From positions 1 to 26,662 of the forward strand of contig CAZECW010000191.1 in assembly GCA_964510585.1 (NCBI GenBank): a stretch of 26,662 nt of DNA, in the 5' to 3' direction. The notes under the pieces are model-generated. The model ran no database searches. It was not told where the DNA came from and saw nothing but the letters and a program-made list of their open reading frames with translations. Origin of the DNA: an uncultured archaeon. GTDB taxonomy: Archaea; Asgardarchaeota; Jordiarchaeia; Jordiarchaeales; Jordiarchaeaceae. Shown piece by piece: positions 8,702-16,935 of this stretch (its first letter is position 1; the number at the start of each line of letters is the position of its first letter). The position numbers and the translations under genes are program-made.

Positions 8702-9052
8702 TTATCGCCAGTTCGAGAAGAAGATTATGTAGGCTACCACTTCGTCCAGGTAGTTTTCTATGTTTTCATCTGTGTAGCCTATGGCTGAATTGTTGCTTGC
8801 CTTAATGGTTTTTCCATCAAGGTAGAACCTTGTTGAACCCGAAGAGGACATAATTCTATCGCGGGAGTATCTTCCTATGGTGCTTCTGCTGGAGTTCATA
8901 ATGTAACCGTTTTCAATGTATCCTATGGTGCTTCTGCTGGAGTTCATCACCCTACCGCTCTCAACATAGCCAAGAGTGCTTCCACTGCTTGTCATTATTC
9001 TACCCCTCTCTACACGGGCGATAGCGGACCTGCTACTATTCCTAATATACAA
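8702..9052 (-). CDS. 16-aa repeat protein, beta-flower-like (5 full + 1 partial repeats, C-terminal hydrophobic helix)
   Basis: Repeats start at I3, I19, V35, I51, I67, I83 with consensus (I/V)MNSSRSTIGY(I/V)ExGx. Ends with YLDEVVAYIIFF. RBS AGGAGG at 9060-9065 (minus strand) before a TTG start. Confidence 0.8.
   Translation of the reverse strand: MYIRNSSRSAIARVERGRIMTSSGSTLGYVESGRVMNSSRSTIGYIENGYIMNSSRSTIGRYSRDRIMSSSGSTRFYLDGKTIKASNNSAIGYTDENIENYLDEVVAYIIFFSNWR
8873..8947. repeat. 27-bp exact direct repeat at 48-bp period inside the repeat-protein gene
   Basis: TCCTATGGTGCTTCTGCTGGAGTTCAT at 8873-8899 and 8921-8947 (encodes MNSSRSTIG twice). Confidence 0.95.
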
Positions 9053-9152
9053 GGTTTAACCTCCTTATCTTTTTTGAAATTCGAAGCTCAAGAAGGGTGG
9101 AAAAAAGGGCACTCAAAGAATCAAGTCATATAATTTAAAGTTTCATTCACCG

Positions 9153-9335
9153 CTATATTTTGAAACCACTTTCCACCCTAAGAATCCTACAAGGATTCAC
9201 TTGATTTAAAGATAACAAAGACGACGAATATAAACGTTTTTGGCAACCTAAATAATACATCCCATAAGCCACAAAAGCCAAGATGGAAGGGACAAAGCAA
9301 GTCAGCCAAGCAGATGGAAGGGTAGCACTGCCCAT
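9153..9335 (-). CDS. Possible small membrane protein or gene remnant (60 aa)
   Basis: One hydrophobic stretch AWLTCFVPSILAFVAYGMYYLG. Co-oriented with its neighbours. No clear RBS. Confidence 0.25.
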   Translation of the reverse strand: MGSATLPSAWLTCFVPSILAFVAYGMYYLGCQKRLYSSSLLSLNQVNPCRILRVESGFKI

Positions 9336-9467
9336 AGCTAAATTCGTAAAAAGAGTATCAACATTCCTCTCACCGGAAATTTTTAACCTGATAACAGTGA
9401 AGCAAGAGGTTCAGAAAACCCATTACTAAGAATAGGAATGAAGCTCAAATAAAAAAAGGGTTAAAAA

Positions 9468-9944
9468 CTAATTTAACTTTATGATAGGGTAAATTGTTGT
9501 GTTTGGTAGGTAATTTTTGCATCTTATGCATGTGAATCCGAGGGGCTTTCCACACTCGCTTTTGGATAGCGCGTCACATTCACCGAGTTCTCCGTCACCG
9601 CAGAGGTGGAGAAATGTAATGTTTGACGTGTTTCCGCAAATGTAGCATTCATAATCGTATTCCACAGAAGACACCTTTTTGTTGCTGAGAGTTACCACAA
9701 ATTTTTCTATTAGGAGTCTTCTGCAAACTCCACAGGCGCAAACCACTTCGTCAGTAATTACTGTTGTGGGACAACCGCAACGGGGACAATTTTTGTAGGG
9801 TTTCTTAATGCTGACTCCAAAAAATGTTTTAACCACCAGCTTCTGATACCAAGCACACCACCTGCAGAGCTCAATTAGGACATAACCCTTGCCTGTTGAA
9901 ACAGCCTTTTTGCAGGCAGTTATAAGTTCACCTTTTTTAAGCAC
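9468..9944 (-). CDS. Cys-rich multi-zinc-ribbon-like hypothetical protein
   Basis: 16 Cys in 158 aa, including CRWC, CPRC, CACGVC, CYIC and CIRC. Fills an otherwise empty interval. Confidence 0.75.
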   Translation of the reverse strand: MLKKGELITACKKAVSTGKGYVLIELCRWCAWYQKLVVKTFFGVSIKKPYKNCPRCGCPTTVITDEVVCACGVCRRLLIEKFVVTLSNKKVSSVEYDYECYICGNTSNITFLHLCGDGELGECDALSKSECGKPLGFTCIRCKNYLPNTTIYPIIKLN

Positions 9945-10276
9945 CGCTTATCCCTTTCACATAGAAGATAAAGGATTAGTCTTCTAGACTTATCTTTTTT
10001 GCCTGTTTTGCCCTTATAAAGGCCACAACTAATTTCGCAAATTATCCCCTCCTTTTTGGAGGCGCAACAAAAATACGAAAAAACAGGGGAGAAGCTATAA
10101 TCGAAAAGCCACAAAAATTTGAATTTGCGGTACGCTTGTCAGAATACGCCGTGGAAAATTTGGTTTTTATTTACTATCAAGCTTTCAGGCATATGTTTGT
10201 TGCTATTAGAAATATTTTTTGTACAAGAAGAGCGGTTTATGAGTGTTTCTTGTGGGGGGGATTTAAAAAAAGGGGA

Positions 10277-10738
10277 TTATTGTTTGAAGATTTGGAATGA
10301 GCATTTATCGTTGCCCGCGCTTTTTAGGGAGGTTATTTTGATTATTACGTCTTTTCCGAATTTTTCTTCGACGACTCTTCCTATGAGGCTCTCTGTGTAT
10401 GTGCAATAGAATTTGTTTGAAATGTCGAATCCCATTTTTTCAAATGGGCAAACAGTGATGTCTATTTCGACTTTTTCGGGGAACTCCTTCAATTTTACGC
10501 CATCATTCCCGGTGACTGGGGATATAACTTCTTCAACAATGATTTTTGCAAATTCTCCAAGGGTGCAATCTGAAAAACCGTTTTTACTCTTTATTCTTTC
10601 AGCCGCTTTCTTTCCTAAATCCCTACCAACCAAGCGAAACACTGCCCTAATCGTACCAGCGCCCATCGTCTCTTCGAGGCGGGCAATCACATTCTTAAGA
10701 ACATTTCCCGAAAATTTATAAACACGCTCTTCTTCCAA
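10277..10738 (-). CDS. Stand-alone V4R (4-vinyl reductase / Bet3-like fold) domain protein
   Basis: TVCPF...FYCTY...G...DKCSFQI three-Cys V4R pattern after helical N-terminus with VGRDLGKK. RBS GAGGTG before a TTG start. Confidence 0.8.
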   Translation of the reverse strand: MEEERVYKFSGNVLKNVIARLEETMGAGTIRAVFRLVGRDLGKKAAERIKSKNGFSDCTLGEFAKIIVEEVISPVTGNDGVKLKEFPEKVEIDITVCPFEKMGFDISNKFYCTYTESLIGRVVEEKFGKDVIIKITSLKSAGNDKCSFQIFKQ

Positions 10739-11073
10739 TTAAAATACACCTCGTAGTTTTAGCGTTGCCTCGGGAACTATATATTAGAGAGGGCAATGGC
10801 AGATGGATCGCCTCAGGATAAAAATGTTTTGTTTAAAAAAGAATGGGCCCGATGTAAAGAGTATGTATTTTTGGTGTTTAGTATTGTGGAAGTGTTTTTC
10901 TTAACTCCTCTAATAAGTCTCAGAATTGGAAAAAAGGTTTATAGTGCCTCTTTTACAGGCAACCAACAAACAAAAATACTTACCCTCTTTGCAAAAAATA
11001 CACACTACATTGTCATCGGAGTTTGTAGAAATTTTTTTATTTGTATTATTTTATTGTATTTTGGTGATGTATA

Positions 11074-11340
11074 ATGTCTTTTCATAAATACAAAGTTAAG
11101 GTTTTAAGTGGTTACAGGATATCCATTCCACAAGAGGTCAGGTCAAGATTTAACGTTAAAGTTGGTGATGAACTAGACTTAGAAGTCAAGGGCGGAAGGC
11201 TAATCATCTCTCTTACGAAGGAGAGCCCCCTCATAATGCTTGCCAGTATAGCTGAGGAGGCCCCCTCAGACGTCGGTGGTGACGAACTCTTCCTCAAAGA
11301 GCTGAAGGGTAAGCTTGGTGGTTTAAGTGAGGTTCGTTGA
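11074..11340 (+). CDS. AbrB/MazE/SpoVT-family antitoxin (VapB-type)
   Basis: VLSGYRISIPQEVRSRFNVKVGDELDLEVKGGRLII motif. 14-nt overlap with the downstream PIN gene. Confidence 0.9.
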   Translation: MSFHKYKVKVLSGYRISIPQEVRSRFNVKVGDELDLEVKGGRLIISLTKESPLIMLASIAEEAPSDVGGDELFLKELKGKLGGLSEVR

Positions 11341-11800
11341 TGCTCCAGTCTTCATAAAGTGGATGTCTGCCTCTAGGAAAGGCTTGTCCTTGGAGGCAGC
11401 GATCAGCGGATACGTCCTCTACCGGATTGAGAACATGGAGCCAGCCGTCACAACAACGCTTGTTAAAGACGAGGTGTTAATCTGGCTCTCCCGCTACAGG
11501 GCTAGCGCACTTCCCACTTTCATTAAAGCCATCAGGTCTCTTTACTCCCTTGATATAATTGCGCCAACACTAGAAGATCAGGAGAACGCATGCAGCATGT
11601 ACGGGAAGCTTCCCATAGGTTTATCTGACATCATAAGCTTTACAGTAATGAAGCGTTTGAATATAACAGAAATATACACTCCAGATAAAGAGTTTGAGAA
11701 AAGCGGGGTTAAAACAGTTTTCTACGAGCTGGCGGAAAGAGAAGGGTTTAGAGAATTCACCGATTTCCTGAAAACCAAAAATTACAACCTTGCGTTCTAA
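11327..11800 (+). CDS. vapC: PIN-domain VapC-family toxin
   Basis: Four acidic catalytic positions in FVDAPVF, VKDEVL, LSDIIS and YTPDKEF. Overlaps the antitoxin gene; GGTGGT RBS at 11317-11322. Confidence 0.88.
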   Translation: MRFVDAPVFIKWMSASRKGLSLEAAISGYVLYRIENMEPAVTTTLVKDEVLIWLSRYRASALPTFIKAIRSLYSLDIIAPTLEDQENACSMYGKLPIGLSDIISFTVMKRLNITEIYTPDKEFEKSGVKTVFYELAEREGFREFTDFLKTKNYNLAF

Positions 11801-12049
11801 AATCGGCACCCATCCAAAGCAGGAGTCTCAAAAGATACTACTATCTAAAATCCTCAAGAATCTTAATAATTTTCTCTTCAGACATAAAAAACCCACTAAA
11901 AATTGTTGTCAAATGGATGGTTAACAATCCCAGGACTTACGTAGTTAAACCTTGAACAGGGATATACTATTATTGTTGTTAATTAAATTGTTAACAAAGC
12001 TTATTTTTAAATATTTAACTAATCTCTTAATATATTTGGGTGAAAAAGG

Positions 12050-12580
12050 GTGGAAGAAAAAGAGAGAGACAGGAAACGCGTAGCCATTCTAGTTGCTGGC
12101 GGAATATTGTTCGTTGTCATTTTGCCAATCCTTTGCATCTTCGTTTCGCAGCTGGTAGATTCTTGGTTCGGCTTCCCGAAGCTAGTTTCCCAACAATTCA
12201 ACTTCGCTGTTGCAGCAATATTTTTCGCGGTTGGATTTTTTTGGGCCATATGGTCAAATGTTGACCTATTCCAGAAGGGTGAGGGAACACCAGTGCCAAC
12301 CAGGATGACGCAGACGAGGAAGCTTGTGGTGGATGGAGCCTACAAATATACCCGAAACCCCATGATGTTTGGCTACTTACTTATCTTAATAGGCTTGGGC
12401 TTTCTCTTCAACTCTCTCTTCCTTACACTGGGTGTCACTTCAATTTTCACCGTAGTGCTCGTGGCATTTATTAAACTCTGGGAAGAGAAGAACTTGGAGG
12501 AGCGTTTCGGCGAATCCTACATAGAGTACAAAAAGAAAGTCTCCTTTATAATCCCCATGCCGCCCAAGAAACAAGAATAA
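12050..12580 (+). CDS. Isoprenylcysteine carboxyl methyltransferase (ICMT/Ste14)/PEMT-family membrane methyltransferase
   Basis: Several TM helices, LVVDGAYKYTRNPMMFG and EEKNLEERFGESYIEYKKKV...IP motifs. Confidence 0.9.
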   Translation: MEEKERDRKRVAILVAGGILFVVILPILCIFVSQLVDSWFGFPKLVSQQFNFAVAAIFFAVGFFWAIWSNVDLFQKGEGTPVPTRMTQTRKLVVDGAYKYTRNPMMFGYLLILIGLGFLFNSLFLTLGVTSIFTVVLVAFIKLWEEKNLEERFGESYIEYKKKVSFIIPMPPKKQE

Positions 12581-12666
12581 CCGCCCCTCAATATTTTTCA
12601 CATTTTGTTCTTGAGAAATTTATCCACCTGTCCTTGTGAAAAAATTGGATCTTGTGTTGATGGAAT

Positions 12667-13335
12667 ATGGTTGATTTGTGGGTTGTGCTTCAATGGGTTT
12701 TGGTTGCAATTCTACTTTACTTGGTGCACTTTTTATTTATCGCTAAAGTTGTTAGGCACTACTTCCATTTTCCAATTCCCGGTTTTTTAACCCAGCTTAT
12801 CGATAACCCCATTCGAAGGAGAATTCAAAGGCCTGAGGTGCTGGCTGAGCGGATGAAGCTTAAGCCGGGAATGATTGTTGTGGAGGTAGGTCCCGGCAAA
12901 GGAAACTACACTAAGGCCGTAGCTGAGAAAATTCTGCCCGGAGGAAAAGTGTATGCAATTGATATTCAGGAATCCGTTATTGAACGCTTAAAGAAGAGAA
13001 TCGAAAAATGGGGAATCACAAATATTATCCCAAAAATTGATGACGCATATAACCTATCATTCGCCAACCAAAGTGTAGACAGAATCCTAGCCATTTGCAC
13101 ACTAGCAGAAATTCCAGAACCAGTTAAAGTACTGCGCGAATTCCACCGAGTCCTGAAGCCAGATGGCTTAGTGTGCCTTAGTGAAATGTTCCTAGATCCA
13201 GATTACCCAAGGAGAATCACAGAGAAGCGATGGGCTTCCGAAGCAGGTTTCGAACTTAGGGAGGAATTCGGAAACTTTTTCATATACCAACTGAACCTCG
13301 GAAAAAAATCAAAAATAAACCAAATAAATGTCTAG
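12667..13335 (+). CDS. Class I SAM-dependent methyltransferase with N-terminal membrane anchor
   Basis: Motif I VVEVGPGKG, acidic AIDIQ, SVDRIL, LREFHRVLKPDG. Hydrophobic N-terminal 25 aa. Confidence 0.9.
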   Translation: MVDLWVVLQWVLVAILLYLVHFLFIAKVVRHYFHFPIPGFLTQLIDNPIRRRIQRPEVLAERMKLKPGMIVVEVGPGKGNYTKAVAEKILPGGKVYAIDIQESVIERLKKRIEKWGITNIIPKIDDAYNLSFANQSVDRILAICTLAEIPEPVKVLREFHRVLKPDGLVCLSEMFLDPDYPRRITEKRWASEAGFELREEFGNFFIYQLNLGKKSKINQINV

Positions 13336-13462
13336 AAGAGTTAAATTGTTTAAGCGTCTTGAAAGATTACCTCTTTTTACTCTTCCGGGGTTGTTTAAAT
13401 CGACTGCTTCGGCTTCGCATCACTAAATCTCCGATGGAAAAATTTACAGTGAAGGATTTTCT

Positions 13463-13775
13463 TTATCTACATCGCTTTACTTGTTTAAGCCCTCCTGGGC
13501 AATCATGTCCAAAAAATCGGGCAGCTTTTTTCTCCATAGGTTAACGGCATATTTTCAATACAATGCTCATACATACAAACTCCATTTTGCTCCTCCCATT
13601 TTGGATTAGGTTCAAAGCAACGGGAATAGCCACATCTAGCATATAAACACCTTTCGCAATCTTCCCACATATCAGGACTGACGTTACCTGGACGCGTACA
13701 CTTGAAGATTCTCTCACCCTTCTTGACGCTCAACCCAAAAACCTTCAAATACTCTATATGGCCAAGCCATCCCAA
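13463..13775 (-). pseudogene. Cys-rich small protein interrupted by a +1 frameshift near its C-terminus (or a sequencing indel)
   Basis: The track ORF ends ...SCPIFWT* at 13503. Removing one base from the A6 run at 13511-13516 gives ...SCPIFGHDCPGGLKQVKRCR* (103 aa, 10 Cys, stop at 13463-13465). Confidence 0.6.
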
Positions 13776-13977
13776 ATTAACTCAACTATATGATATATTA
13801 GGTTAGGCACCAATGTTTCTTAGACTCATTTGGTTTTATTTATTAATATATTTTTGTGTATTGTTATTATTTTGTTTTCCTTAACGTCTTTTGTATAGAT
13901 AATGGTTTGGGTTGGGGCGAAAAACTCGTATTTTATTAGTTCTCAAGCTGAAAACTTTCACTATTTGGAAATTTTGG

Positions 13978-13992
13978 CAAAAAGTTTATATT
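13978..13992 (+). promoter_or_regulatory. BRE+TATA promoter candidate for reductase/activator operon
   Basis: CAAAAAG-TTTATATT about 70 nt upstream of ATG 14062. RBS GAGGT at 14050-14054. Confidence 0.6.
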
Positions 13993-14061
13993 AGATTTAA
14001 TTATAGCTGTTATCAACAATTCTAATAATAGGGCGCTACCAAATAGAAAGAGGTAATATTC

Positions 14062-15345
14062 ATGGAGACTGATTATAGAAAAATGTGGGAAGATTTGGGT
14101 ATAAATATGAAAAAACATGACCAACTTTTAGCAGCTCTACCATTAGTGTATCAGGACATATACCTAACCCAGAAGAATAGGCCCAAGGCTATGGAGTACT
14201 ACGACTTTGTAATCTCCGGGGTGCATGGAATAAGGGTAAAGGAACTTTTGGATGCCAAAGAGGACGGTAAAAAGGTTGTGGCATATTTCTGCCTCTATGT
14301 TCCTGAGGAGCTAGTCATCGCTTCCAATGCAGTGTTGGTGGGGCTTTGTGGCGGTTCGAATTTTGTAGACCAAGAGGCAGAGGAAGTTTTACCCAGAAAC
14401 ATTTGTCCCCTGATTAAGGCTTCCTATGGATTTAAGGCTGCTAGGATTTGTCCATACTTCCAAGCTGCCGACATTTGTGTTGGAGAAACAACATGCGATG
14501 GAAAAAAGAAGATGTACGAACTACTAAACGAACTTTGCCCCACTTATACGGTAGAGGTGCCCCAGAAACCAGACACAGAACAAGCCAGAGAACTCTTCTA
14601 CAAGGAGATTATGACCCTGAAATCCAAGCTGGAAGAACTCACGGGCCACAAAATAACTGTCCAAGATTTAAAGAAATCAATTGAAATTGTTAACGCAAAG
14701 AGAGAAGTTCTCGACAAGCTTATCAGCACAAGAAAAGCGGTTCCTCCACCAATAAGCGGTAAGGATTCCCTGCTTGTTTCTCAAATAGCCTTCTACGATG
14801 ATCCCCAAAGATTCACCCAGAAAACGGCGGAGCTGGTAGAAGAGCTTCAGGAAAGGATCAAGAATAAGGTGGGCGTAGTAGACGCAAATGCTCCAAGGAT
14901 AATGGTTTCAGGGTGTCCCATGGCAATTCCCAACTGGAAACTCCACAACATAGTTGAGAGTAGCGGAGCAGTCATAGTGGTGGAAGAGTCCTGTGTGGGA
15001 ACAAGATACACAAGTATGGGCAAAATAAATAATTCTGCCAACACAGTTGAAGGACTCGTGAAGGCGATCTCAGACGCCTATCTAAACATTCACTGCTCCT
15101 GCTTCACACCGAACACCGGAAGAATAGAAGATAATGTTAGGCTGGCAAAGGAGTTTAAGGTGGATGGAGTTATCCATTACACTCTGCAGACTTGCCATGG
15201 CTACAATATTGAAGCGGCCAAAGTAGAAAAAGCTCTTAAGGAAATCAACGTGCCAATGCTAAGGATAGAAACTGACTATAGCACTGAGGATGTGGGTCAG
15301 ATAACCACCAGAGTGGAAGCTTTTCTGGAGATGCTCAAAAAGTAA
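14062..15345 (+). CDS. Double-cubane-cluster-containing anaerobic reductase (DCCP-type member of the 2-hydroxyacyl-CoA dehydratase/HgdB superfamily)
   Basis: N-terminal W..L...KHD..L...QKNRP..M.Y.D.V...HGIRV.EL extension. Cys motifs FCLYVPEE, LCGG, ICPLIK, TTCDGKKK, ESCVG, HCSCFTPN, QTCHGY. C-terminal ETDYS.ED.GQI.TRVEAFLEM. Confidence 0.9.
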   Translation: METDYRKMWEDLGINMKKHDQLLAALPLVYQDIYLTQKNRPKAMEYYDFVISGVHGIRVKELLDAKEDGKKVVAYFCLYVPEELVIASNAVLVGLCGGSNFVDQEAEEVLPRNICPLIKASYGFKAARICPYFQAADICVGETTCDGKKKMYELLNELCPTYTVEVPQKPDTEQARELFYKEIMTLKSKLEELTGHKITVQDLKKSIEIVNAKREVLDKLISTRKAVPPPISGKDSLLVSQIAFYDDPQRFTQKTAELVEELQERIKNKVGVVDANAPRIMVSGCPMAIPNWKLHNIVESSGAVIVVEESCVGTRYTSMGKINNSANTVEGLVKAISDAYLNIHCSCFTPNTGRIEDNVRLAKEFKVDGVIHYTLQTCHGYNIEAAKVEKALKEINVPMLRIETDYSTEDVGQITTRVEAFLEMLKK

Positions 15346-15357
15346 AAATTTTTTCCA

Positions 15358-16173
15358 GTGATTGCAATGAGTGCTGTTGTTGTGGGCCTTGATATGGGCT
15401 CAGTTTCAACCAAAGCTGCAGTGCTTGAAGATTCTCGAATTGTGGGGTATGCAATACTCCCCACAGGATTCAGCCCTCAAGATTCAGGCAGAAGCGCAAT
15501 TATTGAGGCCTGCAGGAGGGCGGGAATCAGCCCAAAAGATGTTGTATACATTGTGGCCACTGGTTACGGCAGGATAAATGCTCCCTTTGCAAACTCTCGA
15601 GTAACAGAAATAACCTGTCACGGTAAGGGAGCCTTCTATATGAACAATTGTGCTCGCACCGTGATTGATGTGGGGGGACAGGACAGCAAGGTCATCTCAA
15701 TTAATGAGAAGGGCCGAGTTGTGGATTTTCAAATGAATGATAGGTGTGCTGCGGGAACTGGGAGGTTTCTTGAGGTTATGATGAAAACACTAGGCATGAA
15801 CTATGAGGAAATGTCTCATGCTGCAATTAACTCAGAAAACCCCTCAAAAATATCTAATATGTGCACTGTATTTGCAGAGTCTGAAGTAATAACTCTATTA
15901 GCGAAGGGTGAAAGCAGGGGAAACATCGCAGCGGGACTGTGCAACTCCATTGCTGAAAGAATAGCAACAATGGTCAAAAGGATAGGGTTGAAGGAAGAAG
16001 TAATAATGACGGGGGGAGTCGCAAAAAACAGGGGTGTAGTTAAACTTCTGGAAAATAAACTAAACACAAAAATACTGGTGCCCGAAGAGCCACAAATAAT
16101 AGGTGCGCTGGGAGCAGCCTTAGAAGCAAGAGAAGCTATACTCGAAATCAAGCAAAACCAATTCATTAATTGA
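15358..16173 (+). CDS. ASKHA-type ATP-dependent [4Fe-4S] activator (HgdC/BadFG, DCCP-reductase-like); likely start ATG 15367
   Basis: GLDMGSVSTK, ATGYGR, EITCHGKGA, IDVGGQDSK, NDRCAAGTGRFLE, CTVFAESEVI, GGVAKN, GALGAA. Starts 12 nt after the reductase stop. Confidence 0.95.
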   Translation: MIAMSAVVVGLDMGSVSTKAAVLEDSRIVGYAILPTGFSPQDSGRSAIIEACRRAGISPKDVVYIVATGYGRINAPFANSRVTEITCHGKGAFYMNNCARTVIDVGGQDSKVISINEKGRVVDFQMNDRCAAGTGRFLEVMMKTLGMNYEEMSHAAINSENPSKISNMCTVFAESEVITLLAKGESRGNIAAGLCNSIAERIATMVKRIGLKEEVIMTGGVAKNRGVVKLLENKLNTKILVPEEPQIIGALGAALEAREAILEIKQNQFIN

Positions 16174-16416
16174 CAGAAAACTTGCAGTACCTGCTCCACC
16201 GCACAACTTTACCCTTTTTTCAAAAAAATTAGTCGAAAAATAAAAAATTTTGAAATCAACAATGTAAAGTTGCAAAAACTCACAGAAACGCATAAAAAAA
16301 TTAAAAAAAGGAGTTATACAAGACGGCAGTAGTATCTAAAAAATAAATCTTACTTTCAAAATTATTATAGTAACTGGTGCATTTTTTATCGTATTGAGCT
16401 TTGGGAGTTTGTCAAA

Positions 16417-16935
16417 ATGGGTTTATTTGACTATAGTTCTTATCTTGTTGAAGAAAAGTTGTTGACTCCCCGATACACTCTCATCATAAAGAATGAGAAG
16501 GGTGAAGAGCTGGGAAAAGCGGTCAGTAAATTTCTCTCTTTTAGGGGAAAAATTGAATTCATCGACAGCCAGGGACAAAAAGTGGGCTTTATTGAGGGAA
16601 AACTGTCTGCTAGGCCCACCTTCAAAATAGTGGATCGGCACCAGAAGCACATTGCCACAGTTAAGGAGAAGATGTTAACTATTCGCAGCGAGTGGTGGGT
16701 GGAGGATCCGGAGGGTGAAAAAATTCTATTTGTAAAGGGCGATGTTTGGGGTTTAGAGTATAAGATTGAGGACAAGTCTGGTCTAGTGGTTGCAGAGGTT
16801 TCAAAAAAGTTTTGGTCTATACGCGACCATTTCGGAGTTAAAATAAAATACGACTTCAACCCCTTCCTTGTACTATCCATTGTGGTGGCGTTGGGCTTCC
16901 AAAACCAAAGAGCTTCTGCCGCGGCTGCTTCCTAA
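16417..16935 (+). CDS. LURP-one/phospholipid scramblase-like (Tubby C-terminal fold) protein, paralog A
   Basis: Repeated hairpins (IKNEKGEELG, IDSQGQKVG, VEDPEGEKIL, IEDKSGLVVAEVSKK), SIRDHFGVKI and C-terminal hydrophobic helix PFLVLSIVVAL. Confidence 0.88.
   Translation: MGLFDYSSYLVEEKLLTPRYTLIIKNEKGEELGKAVSKFLSFRGKIEFIDSQGQKVGFIEGKLSARPTFKIVDRHQKHIATVKEKMLTIRSEWWVEDPEGEKILFVKGDVWGLEYKIEDKSGLVVAEVSKKFWSIRDHFGVKIKYDFNPFLVLSIVVALGFQNQRASAAAAS

Noticed and set aside
9920-10409. ORFs 9920..10114 (-) and 10119..10409 (+)
   Set aside because: They overlap neighbouring real genes, have compositions typical of AT-rich intergenic DNA, and lack an RBS.
10796-11074. 92-aa ORF upstream of the antitoxin
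   Set aside because: Runs through the AT-rich divergent promoter region; Phe/Ile bias reflects T-runs; no family features.
12019-12790. ORFs 12019..12249, 12040..12264 and 12605..12790
   Set aside because: Alternative-frame or antisense overlaps of the two methyltransferases.
13359-13544. 61-aa plus-strand ORF
   Set aside because: Antisense to the better-supported Cys-rich frameshifted gene; no motif.
14062-15345. Call as classic 2-hydroxyglutaryl-CoA dehydratase subunit (hgdA/hgdB)
   Set aside because: Single subunit with the DCCP-type N-terminal extension and no partner subunit or CoA-transferase nearby, so no hgd symbol was assigned.
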